Origin: Flavobacteriales bacterium
GTDB taxonomy: Bacteria; Bacteroidota; Bacteroidia; Flavobacteriales; TMED113
DNA length: 64,000 bases
Assembly (NCBI GenBank): GCA_002718895.1
Contig: PBGD01000022.1
Span: 5,220-69,219, forward strand
Reading direction: 5' to 3'
Shown: positions 19,889 to 30,484 of the stretch, in pieces
Position numbering within the stretch: position 1 is the first letter of the stretch
How the letters are laid out: the number at the start of each line of letters is the position of its first letter
Position numbers and translations under genes: made by a program
Notes under the pieces: generated by a model
Database searches by the model: none
Told to the model about the DNA's origin: nothing
The model's input: the letters and a program-made list of their open reading frames with translations, nothing else

Positions 19889-22456
19889 TTAAATTAATAA
19901 ATAAATTTCATTAAAGTAGTCTATATATTCTTGAATATCTTTATGTCGTAATAATTGTGCATAATTATTTTCACTAATCACAAGCGGAAGTGCAATCCCT
20001 GAATCAAACATCTCTTTTAAGTCTGCGGTTTCAGTAATTTGTTGATAATATACTAATGCCTCGTCTTTATTTTTAAACTTTGCCACTTGAATTAGTTGAT
20101 TTTTTTTGTCTAACAACAAATTTGTTATTTCAAGTTCTGCCAAAGAGTAATTAGTAGAATTGAACTTAGATAGGCTTGATTGCGTCGTCGGAAGATTAAT
20201 CGAAAGATCTTTTAATAAAATGAAAAAAACATGTGGCGATTGAAAATCATTTGTATATCTAGTTTTCATAACTAATGCCCCTTCACCCTTGAGTTCTGAT
20301 AAAATATTGTTTAATTCCACGCTAATTTGCGAATTTTGAAATTTAGTTTGCAGCTCTTCTAAAGCCATTATAAATTGTTTTTTATTTAAGTCCCTGGCTT
20401 TACAAAATATATTTAACAATTCCATTTGAGCAATATATACGTTGTTGGGGTGTTGAGAAATAATTTGCCCCATCTCATTACATGATGTTTCGGAGAAAGT
20501 TGAATATAATTCATGTATTTTAGCATAAATAGATTCGTCTTTTTCTAGGGAAGCTATATCTGCTTGAGATCCATTTAGCACAGCAAGGTAAGGGCTGTTT
20601 GGAAACTCACTATTAATTTTATTAAAAAAGATATTGGATTGTATTGAGTCATTTAAAATGTTATATAAATTATATAAATCGAAATACGTCGCCTGCTTGT
20701 AGCTTGTGTTTGGAAACCTTTGAAGTAGTTTTTGAAAAATAGAAATTGACTGTGTGTAATCTATCACATCATTTTTAAACAAAACTCCTAAATTATAGTG
20801 AGCTGTTTCTGTTTGTGACAAAAGTTGAAGTTGTTGAGACTCTTCCATCGGAAGCTGTGAAATGTAATAAGAGCGTTCGTATTTTTCTTTTTGACTTGGT
20901 TCAGATTTTTCTCCAAAAGAAAATTCCTCTTCTTGGTTCACTTGGTTTTTGTTTTTTCTCCTCCAATTATCTTCTAGTTTTCTATTGCCCCACCTAGAGA
21001 TAAATTCTGAATAACCCAAACTTATAGCAGAGGGATTATAAAAATACCAACCACCACCAGCTGTTACATTCATGCTGTTTTGGGCTTGTCTATTAAATTC
21101 ATATGAGTTAAAATTAGAACCTGGTCTATTATTTTGAGCTTGTTGTTTCATTTCTTCATCCTGAGCCCTCAGCCGTTCTATGTGTTCATCAATTATTTGG
21201 TTTCTAACCTCCTCTGGAGACTGGGCTAGCTTAATCAAGCTGTCATTATAGTTGATCTTTAAGTAATAATCTGCTATTGATTTTGTGTTTTTATGCATGA
21301 CTTTTGTTTTGAAAAAATCTACATGCGTGGCGTCTATTAATTGAAATACTGAATCAATATGGACAAAAGTTTCAATATATTGTTTTTTATCCCAAAAAAT
21401 ACTAGCTAGCTTCTGATGAGATTTGATTTTTTGAGACGCATTGAACAGTGCTAAGGTTGCTGATGTTCTTAGGTTTGTGATGGCGGAGGTTGTGTCTTTT
21501 TGAGTTAAATCTAGATTTGCTAAAGCATAAAATATCTGATCTTTGTATTCATTGTTTTTTTTATCGTTTAACATTTTTGTTAACTCTTCCTTTATTTTTT
21601 CAAAACTTTTAGAATTTAGATTTGTCGCCTTGGTTTTGTTTAACTTTGAGTTAAAAACAAGCTCATAATTCGGGTTTTTTTTAATCACTTTTTCAAATTG
21701 TTTAACTGCGCTATTGTCACTTTTTTGTTCTAATAGAATTTGCCCTAAAATAAAGTGCATTCTGGCTTGTTTGTGTTTGTTTTTTGATGAGTCTATTGCT
21801 TTTAAAATATTTATGCGTGCATCCTCTAAGTCGCCCTCATCTAGAGATAATTCTGCTTCAATTTCAAACAGTCTAGACTCTTGGCTTAAAGAAAGATAAA
21901 AGTCGTCTTTTAATTTTCTAATCTGCTGTCTCAAGGCTTCTTTGTTTCCTAATTCTTGATGACACCTCGCTAGCCACAAAGCTGCTTCAGACTGTGTAGA
22001 TTCTTTTAGAGATTTTTTTACAAGAAATCCAAATGTATTTTTAGCCACAAAATAGTCTTTTTTGTAAAATTGGGCTTTTGCCATAACTAAATATGCCTTC
22101 TCAATTAAAGTGTTCTTTTCTTCTCCACCAATATCCATTGAGTGTTTTTTTATTACTAGTTGGCTTTTTTCAATTGCTTTATCAAATGATGATTGGGTGT
22201 TTTTAGCGTCTAACAATTCGCCCAATCTGTTTATAGAAATAATTTTATCGTAATTATCTGAGTGACTATCATTTAGTCTTTGTATGCCTTGCTCCAAATG
22301 ATATTCGGCATAAAAAAGACCGTTGTATTTTGTGTTCATTTTATGATAAAACCTGTTAAATGCAGCGTCTTTTTGGGTTGAGCAGCCAAAAACAAATAAT
22401 AAGACTATCGCTATTGATGCTTGTTTGTAGAATTGAATTAAAAATGCGTTTTTCAT
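19889..22456 (-). CDS. Large TPR lipoprotein, SprE/PorW-like (type IX secretion / gliding associated)
   Basis: 855 aa with lipobox ..LLFVFGCSTQKD.. followed by ..FNRFYHKMNTKYNGLFYA.., which resembles the conserved N-terminus I recall for SprE/PorW. TPR-like repeats occur throughout. The assignment is from memory, not a search. Confidence 0.55.
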   Translation of the reverse strand: MKNAFLIQFYKQASIAIVLLFVFGCSTQKDAAFNRFYHKMNTKYNGLFYAEYHLEQGIQRLNDSHSDNYDKIISINRLGELLDAKNTQSSFDKAIEKSQLVIKKHSMDIGGEEKNTLIEKAYLVMAKAQFYKKDYFVAKNTFGFLVKKSLKESTQSEAALWLARCHQELGNKEALRQQIRKLKDDFYLSLSQESRLFEIEAELSLDEGDLEDARINILKAIDSSKNKHKQARMHFILGQILLEQKSDNSAVKQFEKVIKKNPNYELVFNSKLNKTKATNLNSKSFEKIKEELTKMLNDKKNNEYKDQIFYALANLDLTQKDTTSAITNLRTSATLALFNASQKIKSHQKLASIFWDKKQYIETFVHIDSVFQLIDATHVDFFKTKVMHKNTKSIADYYLKINYNDSLIKLAQSPEEVRNQIIDEHIERLRAQDEEMKQQAQNNRPGSNFNSYEFNRQAQNSMNVTAGGGWYFYNPSAISLGYSEFISRWGNRKLEDNWRRKNKNQVNQEEEFSFGEKSEPSQKEKYERSYYISQLPMEESQQLQLLSQTETAHYNLGVLFKNDVIDYTQSISIFQKLLQRFPNTSYKQATYFDLYNLYNILNDSIQSNIFFNKINSEFPNSPYLAVLNGSQADIASLEKDESIYAKIHELYSTFSETSCNEMGQIISQHPNNVYIAQMELLNIFCKARDLNKKQFIMALEELQTKFQNSQISVELNNILSELKGEGALVMKTRYTNDFQSPHVFFILLKDLSINLPTTQSSLSKFNSTNYSLAELEITNLLLDKKNQLIQVAKFKNKDEALVYYQQITETADLKEMFDSGIALPLVISENNYAQLLRHKDIQEYIDYFNEIYLLI

Positions 22457-22559
22457 ATTTATTATTAAACGACTATAAAATTATTTTATTTTTTTTACTA
22501 TTATGTGTTTTACAATATCTATTTACGATATTTGATTCAAATTATTGTTACCATTATAA

Positions 22560-23429
22560 ATGAGCTATCTGATGAAATATTTAAATTCTTTAAGTCGTTT
22601 TTTTGTGGGTTCATACAAATTAAGCTCTACAGACCCGTCTAATTTAGAGGATAAAAAAGTTGTTGTTTTTAAAGGTTATAAAATTTTTTTTTATTTCTTT
22701 TTTATTTTTTTTGCCATTGCTATAATAGTTTTTTTTTTAACGGCATATGGGCCCCTAAATGGTTTTCTTCCTGAAACAAACAATAATAAAAAACGCGAAG
22801 TAATTGATCTAATTGTACAAATTGATTCTTTAGAAAAGAAACTTTTGTTAAATAATCAATATATAAATATGATAGGGGGGGTGTTAAGGGGAGAAGTTGT
22901 GGATAGTTTCTCTTATTTTGAGGAAAACGATACAAGTTTTAATTTTAACAACTTAGACCTTTCCATATCCAAAGAAGACTCTATATTAAGAAAAAGTGTA
23001 TTTGAAGAAGATAGATACAATATTTCTGTTGATTATAAAAAAGGTCGGGGGGTTATCCAAGATTTTGTTTTTTTTAATCCTGTAGAGGGTTTGGTTATCA
23101 ATAGTTTTAATTTAAATGAGAAGCACTTAGGCGTTGACATTGCAGCACACTCTGGTGCATCTGTAAAATCATGCCTTGATGGTGTTGTAGTATTTGCTGA
23201 TTGGTCTGTATCAAATGGAAACACAATTATAATTCAACATGCTGAAAATATTATTTCTTTATATATGCATAATGAAAATATAACCAAAGGCAATAATGAT
23301 TTTGTTCGGGCTGGGGAGGTTATTGGTTTTGTTGGTAATAGTGGTGAAAACTCTTCGGGTCCGCATCTTCATTTTGAACTTTGGCAAAGTGGTGTCCCCA
23401 TCAATCCACTTGAGTATATTAATTTTTAA
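22560..23429 (+). CDS. M23 family metallopeptidase (active-site residues intact), membrane anchored
   Basis: N-terminal TM segment, with motifs ..HLGVDIAA.. (HxxxD) and ..GPHLHFELW.. (HxH). Confidence 0.85.
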   Translation: MSYLMKYLNSLSRFFVGSYKLSSTDPSNLEDKKVVVFKGYKIFFYFFFIFFAIAIIVFFLTAYGPLNGFLPETNNNKKREVIDLIVQIDSLEKKLLLNNQYINMIGGVLRGEVVDSFSYFEENDTSFNFNNLDLSISKEDSILRKSVFEEDRYNISVDYKKGRGVIQDFVFFNPVEGLVINSFNLNEKHLGVDIAAHSGASVKSCLDGVVVFADWSVSNGNTIIIQHAENIISLYMHNENITKGNNDFVRAGEVIGFVGNSGENSSGPHLHFELWQSGVPINPLEYINF

Positions 23430-23433
23430 ACCT

Positions 23434-24924
23434 ATGTTTCTGCCTTCTTTTTTATTGAAAATTTTAGCAAAAAAAAATTTTAAGAAATGTTCGCTTGACT
23501 CTAATTTTACATTATCAAATCAACAAAAGGTTTTCAAACAAATTGTTTTAAATGGTTCTCGTTCTAGTTTTGCAAAAGATTTTGGGATTTCTAAATCTAT
23601 AAGTTATAATAAGTTTATTAATCGGGTTCCACTGTTAAGTTATGAGGATTTTAAAAAATATATAAATCGCATTTCTTTGGGTGAAAAAAATATTTTAACA
23701 AGTGGCGCTCCATCTTATTTTGCTATCACTTCAGGAACAACTTCAGGAACAAAATATATTCCCCTAACAAAAGAAATGATGAATATGCAAACACGTGCAA
23801 TAAAGGAGCTTCTGCTTCTATATGCATATCAAAAAAATTATTATAACATTGTAGGTGCTGGAATGATGTTTATTCAAGGTTCGCCTTCTTTAAGAAGGTT
23901 TAACAACATGCCCTATGGTAAATTGTCTGGTATTGCCGCTCATCATGTTCCTTTTTATTTGAAAAAAAACAGGTTTCCTTCTATGGAAACTAACCAAATA
24001 ACTCCTTGGGGTGAAAAAATAAAGCTAATTGCAAAAGAAACCATAAATAAAGATATGCACATTATTGGGGGTATACCACCTTGGGTTATTACGTATTTTA
24101 AGGAATTATTAAGCTTAGCGAGATGTGAAAGGGTAAAAGATGTTTTTCCTAATTTACAAGTTTATATTCATGGGGGTACTAGTTTTGAATCATATAAAAA
24201 AAATTTTTTTAAATTGTGTGGGTCTGTTGATACGTTGGAGGTTTATCCCGCATCTGAAGGTTTTTTTGCATATCAAGACGTTATTGAAGATAAAGCCTTG
24301 AAGTTGTTAACAAACCATGGGGTCTTTTATGAGTTTGTTAGTTTAGATGATTATAATGCAGGTTTAGAGCAAAACCGGGTTCCTGTAGAGGGGGTTGATT
24401 TAAATATTGATTATGTGATGATTGTTACAACTATTGCTGGTTTGTGGTCCTACAACACTGGTGACACGGTTCGTTTTGTGTCAAAAAATCCTTACAAAAT
24501 ACTTTTTAGTGGTAGGGCAAGTCAGTTTTGTTCTACCTTTGGGGAGCATGTAATAGAAAAAGAAGTTTTATCATCTTTGGAAGAGGCCGTTTTGTGTTTT
24601 GGGGGTGTTGTTGTAGAGTTTACTGTTGCCCCTTATATTTCTGATAGCATTTCTTGTCACCAGTGGTTTGTGGAGTTTTCAGTGGCCCCAAATAGTATTT
24701 CTAGTTTTAGAAAAAAATTATGTGAAACGATGAGGCGGCAAAACCCTTATTATAAGGATCTTGTAGATTCTGGGGTTATTAAAACCTTAGAATTAAAACC
24801 AGTTAAAAGTGGGGGCTTTGCGGCCTATATGAAATCTATTGGTAAATTTGGGGGACAAAACAAGTGTCCTCACTTGACAAACAACAGAAGTATTGCTGAT
24901 TTTTTAATTAAAAACTATGTGTAA
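23434..24924 (+). CDS. GH3 auxin-responsive-promoter family protein (acyl-adenylate-forming fold), function unknown in bacteria
   Basis: About 496 aa from the ATG at 23434, the first Met after the upstream stop. ..FAITSGTTSGTKYIP.. matches the adenylating P-loop-like motif, and there is full-length resemblance to Bacteroidota GH3-family proteins. Confidence 0.75.
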   Translation: MFLPSFLLKILAKKNFKKCSLDSNFTLSNQQKVFKQIVLNGSRSSFAKDFGISKSISYNKFINRVPLLSYEDFKKYINRISLGEKNILTSGAPSYFAITSGTTSGTKYIPLTKEMMNMQTRAIKELLLLYAYQKNYYNIVGAGMMFIQGSPSLRRFNNMPYGKLSGIAAHHVPFYLKKNRFPSMETNQITPWGEKIKLIAKETINKDMHIIGGIPPWVITYFKELLSLARCERVKDVFPNLQVYIHGGTSFESYKKNFFKLCGSVDTLEVYPASEGFFAYQDVIEDKALKLLTNHGVFYEFVSLDDYNAGLEQNRVPVEGVDLNIDYVMIVTTIAGLWSYNTGDTVRFVSKNPYKILFSGRASQFCSTFGEHVIEKEVLSSLEEAVLCFGGVVVEFTVAPYISDSISCHQWFVEFSVAPNSISSFRKKLCETMRRQNPYYKDLVDSGVIKTLELKPVKSGGFAAYMKSIGKFGGQNKCPHLTNNRSIADFLIKNYV

Positions 24925-26083
24925 AAACAAAAAGCTTATTGCTTTATTAGGTTCCACTGGCTCTATTGGTCAACAAACGTTGGGTATTCTTGATCAACAT
25001 CGTGATTTGTTTGAGGTTGGTTTGATAACTGCAAATAAAAACTATAAACTGCTTTTTAATCAAGCTTTATCTTTTTGCCCTAAATATGTAGTTATAAATG
25101 ACCTAAAAGGGTTTAGGTATTTAAAAAAAAATCTTTCTAAAAAAAATACAAAAGTTTTACTTGGAGCTAACGAAGTGTGTGAAATAATTAAAACATTTAA
25201 TTTTGACTTAGTTGTCTCTGCAATGGTTGGTAGTGCGGGTTTGTTGCCAACAATTTCTGCAATTAAATCTAAAACTAACGTTGCGCTTGCAAACAAAGAA
25301 ACATTAGTTGTGGCTGGAGAGGTAATTATGGATTTGGCTCATAAAAACAATGTTTCCATTTTACCCATAGACTCTGAACACTCTGCACTTTTCCAGTGTC
25401 TTGTGGGTGAAGACCCTAAAAGTATTAGTCGATTAATTTTAACTGCTTCAGGGGGGCCATTTTTAAAAATTGAAAAAGCTGACTTAAAAAAAGTTACCGT
25501 TGAGCAGGCGCTTAAACATCCGAATTGGAACATGGGGGCAAAAATATCTATTGATTCAGCAACAATGATGAATAAGGGATTAGAAGTAATTGAGGCTAGG
25601 TGGCTGTTTGGTGTTAGTCATGAAAAAATTAAGGTTCTAATTCACGATGAGTCTATTATTCATAGCCTTGTTGAATTTTGTGACAATTCTATTAAAGCAC
25701 AACTTGGCGCTCCTGATATGAAAACTCCTATATCTTATTCTCTTTTTTACCCTAAAAGGAAGGGTGCATATACTCAAGATTGGAACATAATGGATTTAAA
25801 ATCTTTAAACTTTTCTATACCAGACACCAATAAGTTTCCACATTTAGCTTTGGCGTATAGCGCCTTAGAGGCGGGAGGAACCGCTCCATGTGCACTAAAC
25901 GCTGCAAACGAGATTGCTGTAGATGCTTTTTTAAATAAAAAAATATCTTACTTGGATATGTTTAAAATAGTCGAAAAATCGTTAGAAAATTTTATTTTTG
26001 TAAATCGTCCAAATATAGACGATTATTTAAGGGTTGATTTAGAGACCCGAAGTTTTGCTAAAAAAATAATTTCTAAACTATGA
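24917..26083 (+). CDS. dxr: 1-deoxy-D-xylulose-5-phosphate reductoisomerase
   Basis: 388 aa with ..LGSTGSIGQQTL.. (NADPH site), ..LANKETLV.., ..IDSEHSA.. and ..HPNWNMG... Confidence 0.95.
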   Translation: MCKNKKLIALLGSTGSIGQQTLGILDQHRDLFEVGLITANKNYKLLFNQALSFCPKYVVINDLKGFRYLKKNLSKKNTKVLLGANEVCEIIKTFNFDLVVSAMVGSAGLLPTISAIKSKTNVALANKETLVVAGEVIMDLAHKNNVSILPIDSEHSALFQCLVGEDPKSISRLILTASGGPFLKIEKADLKKVTVEQALKHPNWNMGAKISIDSATMMNKGLEVIEARWLFGVSHEKIKVLIHDESIIHSLVEFCDNSIKAQLGAPDMKTPISYSLFYPKRKGAYTQDWNIMDLKSLNFSIPDTNKFPHLALAYSALEAGGTAPCALNAANEIAVDAFLNKKISYLDMFKIVEKSLENFIFVNRPNIDDYLRVDLETRSFAKKIISKL

Positions 26084-27402
26084 TACAAATTGTGCAACTT
26101 TTATTAAGCCTTTCAATACTTGTTATTTTACATGAATTGGGCCACTATTTAGCTGCTAAGTTTTTTGGCTGTAGGGTTGAGAAATTTTATTTATTTATGG
26201 ATTGGCCATATGCTCTGTTTAAAAAAAAAATTGGTGAAACCGAATTTGGTATTGGTTGTGCTCCTTTGGGTGGGTATGTTAAAATTGCAGGTTTTGTTGA
26301 TGAATCTATGGATAGTAAAGGTTTTGAGTCTGAGCCTGAAGAGTGGGAGCTAAGGGCCAAACCCGCTTGGCAAAGGTTAATTATAATGTTAGGTGGTATT
26401 TTTGTAAACATAATTCTTGCTTGGTTTATTTATAGTATGATTGCCTTTTCTTGGGGTGAAAAATATACACCAATGAGTGGTTTGGTTGATGGTTTTTCTT
26501 TTAGCCCTAGTGCCAAAAAAATTGGTTTTGCTGATGGGGACCAGATTCTTTCTGTTGATGGTAAAAGACTAACAGAATATGACCCTATGTTAATGAGTGT
26601 TATTTTGTTTGAGGGGGCTAAAAATATTACAGTTTTAAGGAACGGTTTTGAAAAAAATATTGAGATCCGGGAGTCTGTGGTTAATGAGATTATAAAAGGA
26701 ATTGAGAAAGGTTCGGGGCCATTTATGTCTCCCAATATTCGTTGGATTGTTGGTGGTTTTGTAGATAGCTCCCCCTCTAAAAAAAGTGGGGTTGAGGTTG
26801 GAGATAGAATTCTTGCAATAGATAGCTTATCTACACTTTTCTACCAGCCGCAAGCTATTTTTGAATACTTATCTTCGAAAGCAAAAGCTACTGTTTCCTT
26901 AAAGGTAAATAGGGGTTTTAACACCTTATTGATAGATGTTCCAGTTGGTGATGATGGTAAAATTGGCATTTTTCCGTCCAATAGTGAATATGAAAAATTG
27001 CGTTCATATTCTTTTTTTAATAGCTTTTCTGCTGGATTAGATAAAACAATTAGAATAGTTAAGATGTATGTGGGTCAAATTAAAACAATGTTTAATCCTA
27101 GCACTGGTGCATATAAACATATGGGGGGGTTTATCTCAATTGGTCAAATGTTTCCCAGCGATTGGAACTGGCTTGTTTTTTGGTCCATGACAGCTTTGCT
27201 TTCTATTATTTTAGCAATTATGAATTTATTGCCTATCCCCGCTTTGGACGGTGGACATGCTTTAATAGCTATTGTTGAAATTTTCTCAGGAAAAAAAATT
27301 CCACTAAAAGTTTTAATGCCTCTTCAAGTTGCTGGCATGGTTTTTTTGTTGGGGCTTGTTTTATATGCAAACGGTATGGATATTTGGAGATTGTTTAATT
27401 AA
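26080..27402 (+). CDS. rseP: RIP (site-2) zinc metalloprotease RseP
   Basis: HELGHYLAA (HExxH), central PDZ regions and ..NLLPIPALDGGH... It follows dxr as in many bacteria. Confidence 0.9.
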   Translation: MIQIVQLLLSLSILVILHELGHYLAAKFFGCRVEKFYLFMDWPYALFKKKIGETEFGIGCAPLGGYVKIAGFVDESMDSKGFESEPEEWELRAKPAWQRLIIMLGGIFVNIILAWFIYSMIAFSWGEKYTPMSGLVDGFSFSPSAKKIGFADGDQILSVDGKRLTEYDPMLMSVILFEGAKNITVLRNGFEKNIEIRESVVNEIIKGIEKGSGPFMSPNIRWIVGGFVDSSPSKKSGVEVGDRILAIDSLSTLFYQPQAIFEYLSSKAKATVSLKVNRGFNTLLIDVPVGDDGKIGIFPSNSEYEKLRSYSFFNSFSAGLDKTIRIVKMYVGQIKTMFNPSTGAYKHMGGFISIGQMFPSDWNWLVFWSMTALLSIILAIMNLLPIPALDGGHALIAIVEIFSGKKIPLKVLMPLQVAGMVFLLGLVLYANGMDIWRLFN

Positions 27403-27414
27403 ATTATTATAGAT

Positions 27415-28938
27415 ATGGATGAAATAATGAGAAAATTGAATTTAGAAACCCTTCAGCCTGGTACTTCAACTGGAACAAAGTGGTTTCCTTTTGATGGAAA
27501 AAAAACCAACTCCTTCTCACCTGTTGATGGTGAAAAGATTGGTAGTGTTTCTTTTACAAGCAATGAGGAGTATGTTAGTGTGATTGACTCTGCCAACAGT
27601 GCTTTTAAAATTTGGAGAGCAATACCCGCCCCCAAAAGAGGAGAGATCGTGCGTCAGTTTGGGGACGAGTTAAGAAAAAACAAAGATTTACTTGGTAAGT
27701 TAGTTTCCTATGAAATGGGAAAGTCGTATCAAGAGGGTTTGGGGGAGGTTCAGGAAATGATAGATATTTGTGACTTTGCCGTTGGATTGTCTCGGCAGCT
27801 TTGCGGAATAACATTACATTCTGAAAGGCCTGGCCATAGAATGTATGAACAATATCACCCCCTTGGTGTTGTGGGTATTATTTCAGCATTTAATTTTCCT
27901 GTTGCAGTTTGGGCTTGGAACTCAGCATTAGCCTGGGTTTGTGGTAATGTTTGTGTTTGGAAACCGTCCGAAAAAACCCCCTTTTGCGCAGTTGCTTGCC
28001 AAAAAATCATGTCTGTGGTTTTGAAAAAAAACAAATTACCAGAGGGTGTTTGTTCTTTAATTAATGGTGGGGCAGAAGTGGGTGAATGGTTAACTGAAGA
28101 TGTGCGTGTTCCACTAATTTCCGCAACAGGTTCAACCAGAATGGGTAGAATTGTGGGATCAAAAGTAGCACAAAGATTTGGAAAAAGCATTTTAGAGTTA
28201 GGGGGTAATAATGCGATGATCGTAACCCCAAAATCTAACCTAAATATAGCCATTACCGGAATTGTTTTTGGCGCGATAGGTACTGCTGGTCAAAGATGCA
28301 CAACTACTCGTCGAGTTATTATTCATGAATCAATTTATAATTCTGTAAAAGAAAAGCTGGTTGCTGCTTATAAACAAATTAATATTGGTAATCCGTTGGA
28401 TGAAAAAAACCACATGGGGCCCCTAATAGACATTGATGCTGTCAACGCATATCTTTCTGCTATTAAACAAATTAAAAGCTGTGGAAATATCCTTGTTGGT
28501 GGGGGTGTTTTAGATGGTGAAAAGTATGTGTCTGGTTGTTATGTTAAACCTGTAATTGCAGAGGTTAGTAATGATGCTAAAATTGTGCAAACAGAAACTT
28601 TTGCGCCAATCCTTTACTTAATGAAATATCGTGATTTAGACGAGGCAATTTTAATCCAAAACAATGTTCCCCAAGGGCTATCTTCCGCTATTATGACAAG
28701 TGATCTTTTGGAGGCAGAACAATTTTTGTCACACAGTGGTTCGGATTGTGGTATAGCCAATGTTAATATTGGAACATCGGGTGCGGAAATTGGTGGAGCT
28801 TTTGGTGGAGAAAAAGAGACTGGTGGAGGAAGAGAGTCTGGATCAGATGCTTGGAAGGCTTATATGCGAAGGCAAACCAATACTATTAACTACTCCAGAG
28901 AACTTCCTTTGGCACAGGGTATAAAGTTTGATTTTTAA
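27415..28938 (+). CDS. Aldehyde dehydrogenase, ALDH7/antiquitin-like (probable 2-aminoadipate-semialdehyde / piperideine-6-carboxylate dehydrogenase)
   Basis: 507 aa with ..ELGGNNA.. and catalytic Cys in ..GQRCTT... The N-terminal region and length fit the ALDH7 subfamily; the subfamily call is by recollection. Confidence 0.7.
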   Translation: MDEIMRKLNLETLQPGTSTGTKWFPFDGKKTNSFSPVDGEKIGSVSFTSNEEYVSVIDSANSAFKIWRAIPAPKRGEIVRQFGDELRKNKDLLGKLVSYEMGKSYQEGLGEVQEMIDICDFAVGLSRQLCGITLHSERPGHRMYEQYHPLGVVGIISAFNFPVAVWAWNSALAWVCGNVCVWKPSEKTPFCAVACQKIMSVVLKKNKLPEGVCSLINGGAEVGEWLTEDVRVPLISATGSTRMGRIVGSKVAQRFGKSILELGGNNAMIVTPKSNLNIAITGIVFGAIGTAGQRCTTTRRVIIHESIYNSVKEKLVAAYKQINIGNPLDEKNHMGPLIDIDAVNAYLSAIKQIKSCGNILVGGGVLDGEKYVSGCYVKPVIAEVSNDAKIVQTETFAPILYLMKYRDLDEAILIQNNVPQGLSSAIMTSDLLEAEQFLSHSGSDCGIANVNIGTSGAEIGGAFGGEKETGGGRESGSDAWKAYMRRQTNTINYSRELPLAQGIKFDF

Positions 28939-30483
28939 TTAATGGCGGTCAAGTTTAAACTCATTAACCTGGTTGACTCTTGGTCGCTCTTTTGAATTTG
29001 ATAATTCCCATGCTGTGTAAAAAATTAACCTGGCTGTTTTTTCAACCTTTTCATATATTAATTTTTCTGTTGTGTCTGTGTGTTTGTGGTAATCCTCATG
29101 AACTCCGCTAAAATAGAATATTGAGGGTATATTTTTTTTTGCAAAATTATAATGGTCTGACCTGTAATAAAACCTATTGGGATCGTTGGGATCATTAAAT
29201 GTATAATCTATATCCATGTTGATGTACTTTTTGTTGGACCGTTCTGAAATATCATGTAAATCCGTACTTAGCTTGTCGGAGCCAATTAAATAAACATAAT
29301 TACTATCTTTTGGATGAAATTTGTCCGTTCTCCCTATCATATCCACATTTAAACATGCAATGGTATTTTCAAGTGGAAAAGCGGGGTTTTCCACATAATA
29401 GTATGAACCCAAAAGTCCCTTTTCTTCTGCAGAATTGGGGAAAAATAAAACACTTCTTTTAAAACTTATACCATTATCTTTTGCTTGCTGAAAAGCCGAT
29501 GCTATTTCTAAAAGAGCTGCTGTTCCAGTTGCATTGTCATCAGCACCATTGTGAATTTTTCCATCAATAACACCTATGTGATCATAGTGGGCTGTTATTA
29601 CTATGATCTCATTTTTTAAAATTGAGTCTGTCCCCTCAATTAACGCAAGTACGTTGTGACCAAAAAAAGAATTTTCATCGATTTGCACAGACATCTCTAT
29701 TTGTAAGTTGATTTCTTTGTTGAATGTTTTCTTTTTTTGTTTTATTTTCTTTCTAATTTTTTCTGTTTTTATTTTACCTAAAATATCATTAGCAACATCT
29801 TCGCTGATGTAAAAAAAAGCGGGAGGGGCTTCTTTTCCTAAAAGTGTAACGCCTGGGTGCTCCACCTTGTGCTCTACCATTTTGTAGTTTTCATTATGAT
29901 TTTTATTAACAAACAAAACACATTTAACGCCCCTTTTCTTTGCTATATTTAATTTGTGTCTCCAGCTAGAATTGGGACTTTTTTCTTTGCTTCCCGATAT
30001 AATGTAGTTTCCATTGTTGTCTTTAGGTTCACCATTTAAAATCATTATAACTTCACCCTCAACGTTAGTTTTGTAATCACTATAATTTTCCGCATCTAAA
30101 CCATATCCTAAAAAAATTATTTTATTAGTTTGTATTTGTGTTTCACCAAAGTTGGGAAACGTATAAAAGTCTGATATGTGTTTATAGCTTTTTTTATTTG
30201 TTTTAAATGTAGTCTCTTTTATTTTTTTTTCTTGTAGTGGTATTTTTTGATAATATGTTGAGTCCTTGTATGGTGGTATACCTATTGTGCTAAAGTAGTT
30301 TGACATATATTTAGCGGCCATTAACTCGCCGGGCTTACCCACCTCTCGGCCTTCTAAGGAGTCTGAGGCTAATAGCTCAATGTGGGCTTTTAGCTTCTCC
30401 TTTGTAATTTGAGAGCCCAAAATTTCAACCTGTGAAAATGTGGAGGTGAATACTGCTAAAAAAATGTAAATTATTTTTTTCAT
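28939..30483 (-). CDS. M28 family aminopeptidase with PA (protease-associated) domain
   Basis: Signal peptide, with zinc-ligand motifs ..AHYDHIG.., ..GADDNATG.., ..NSAEEKGLLGS.. and ..SDHYNF... Confidence 0.8.
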   Translation of the reverse strand: MKKIIYIFLAVFTSTFSQVEILGSQITKEKLKAHIELLASDSLEGREVGKPGELMAAKYMSNYFSTIGIPPYKDSTYYQKIPLQEKKIKETTFKTNKKSYKHISDFYTFPNFGETQIQTNKIIFLGYGLDAENYSDYKTNVEGEVIMILNGEPKDNNGNYIISGSKEKSPNSSWRHKLNIAKKRGVKCVLFVNKNHNENYKMVEHKVEHPGVTLLGKEAPPAFFYISEDVANDILGKIKTEKIRKKIKQKKKTFNKEINLQIEMSVQIDENSFFGHNVLALIEGTDSILKNEIIVITAHYDHIGVIDGKIHNGADDNATGTAALLEIASAFQQAKDNGISFKRSVLFFPNSAEEKGLLGSYYYVENPAFPLENTIACLNVDMIGRTDKFHPKDSNYVYLIGSDKLSTDLHDISERSNKKYINMDIDYTFNDPNDPNRFYYRSDHYNFAKKNIPSIFYFSGVHEDYHKHTDTTEKLIYEKVEKTARLIFYTAWELSNSKERPRVNQVNEFKLDRH

Positions 30484-30484
30484 T

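Noticed and set aside
23296-23433. N-terminal extensions of track ORFs: GH3 from 23296, lipB from 32253, TPR to 8743, sufB to 61927 and sufA to 62253.
   Set aside because: The extensions overlap the neighbouring gene and encode hydrophobic nonsense. Internal Met codons just past the neighbour's stop give N-termini that match the families.
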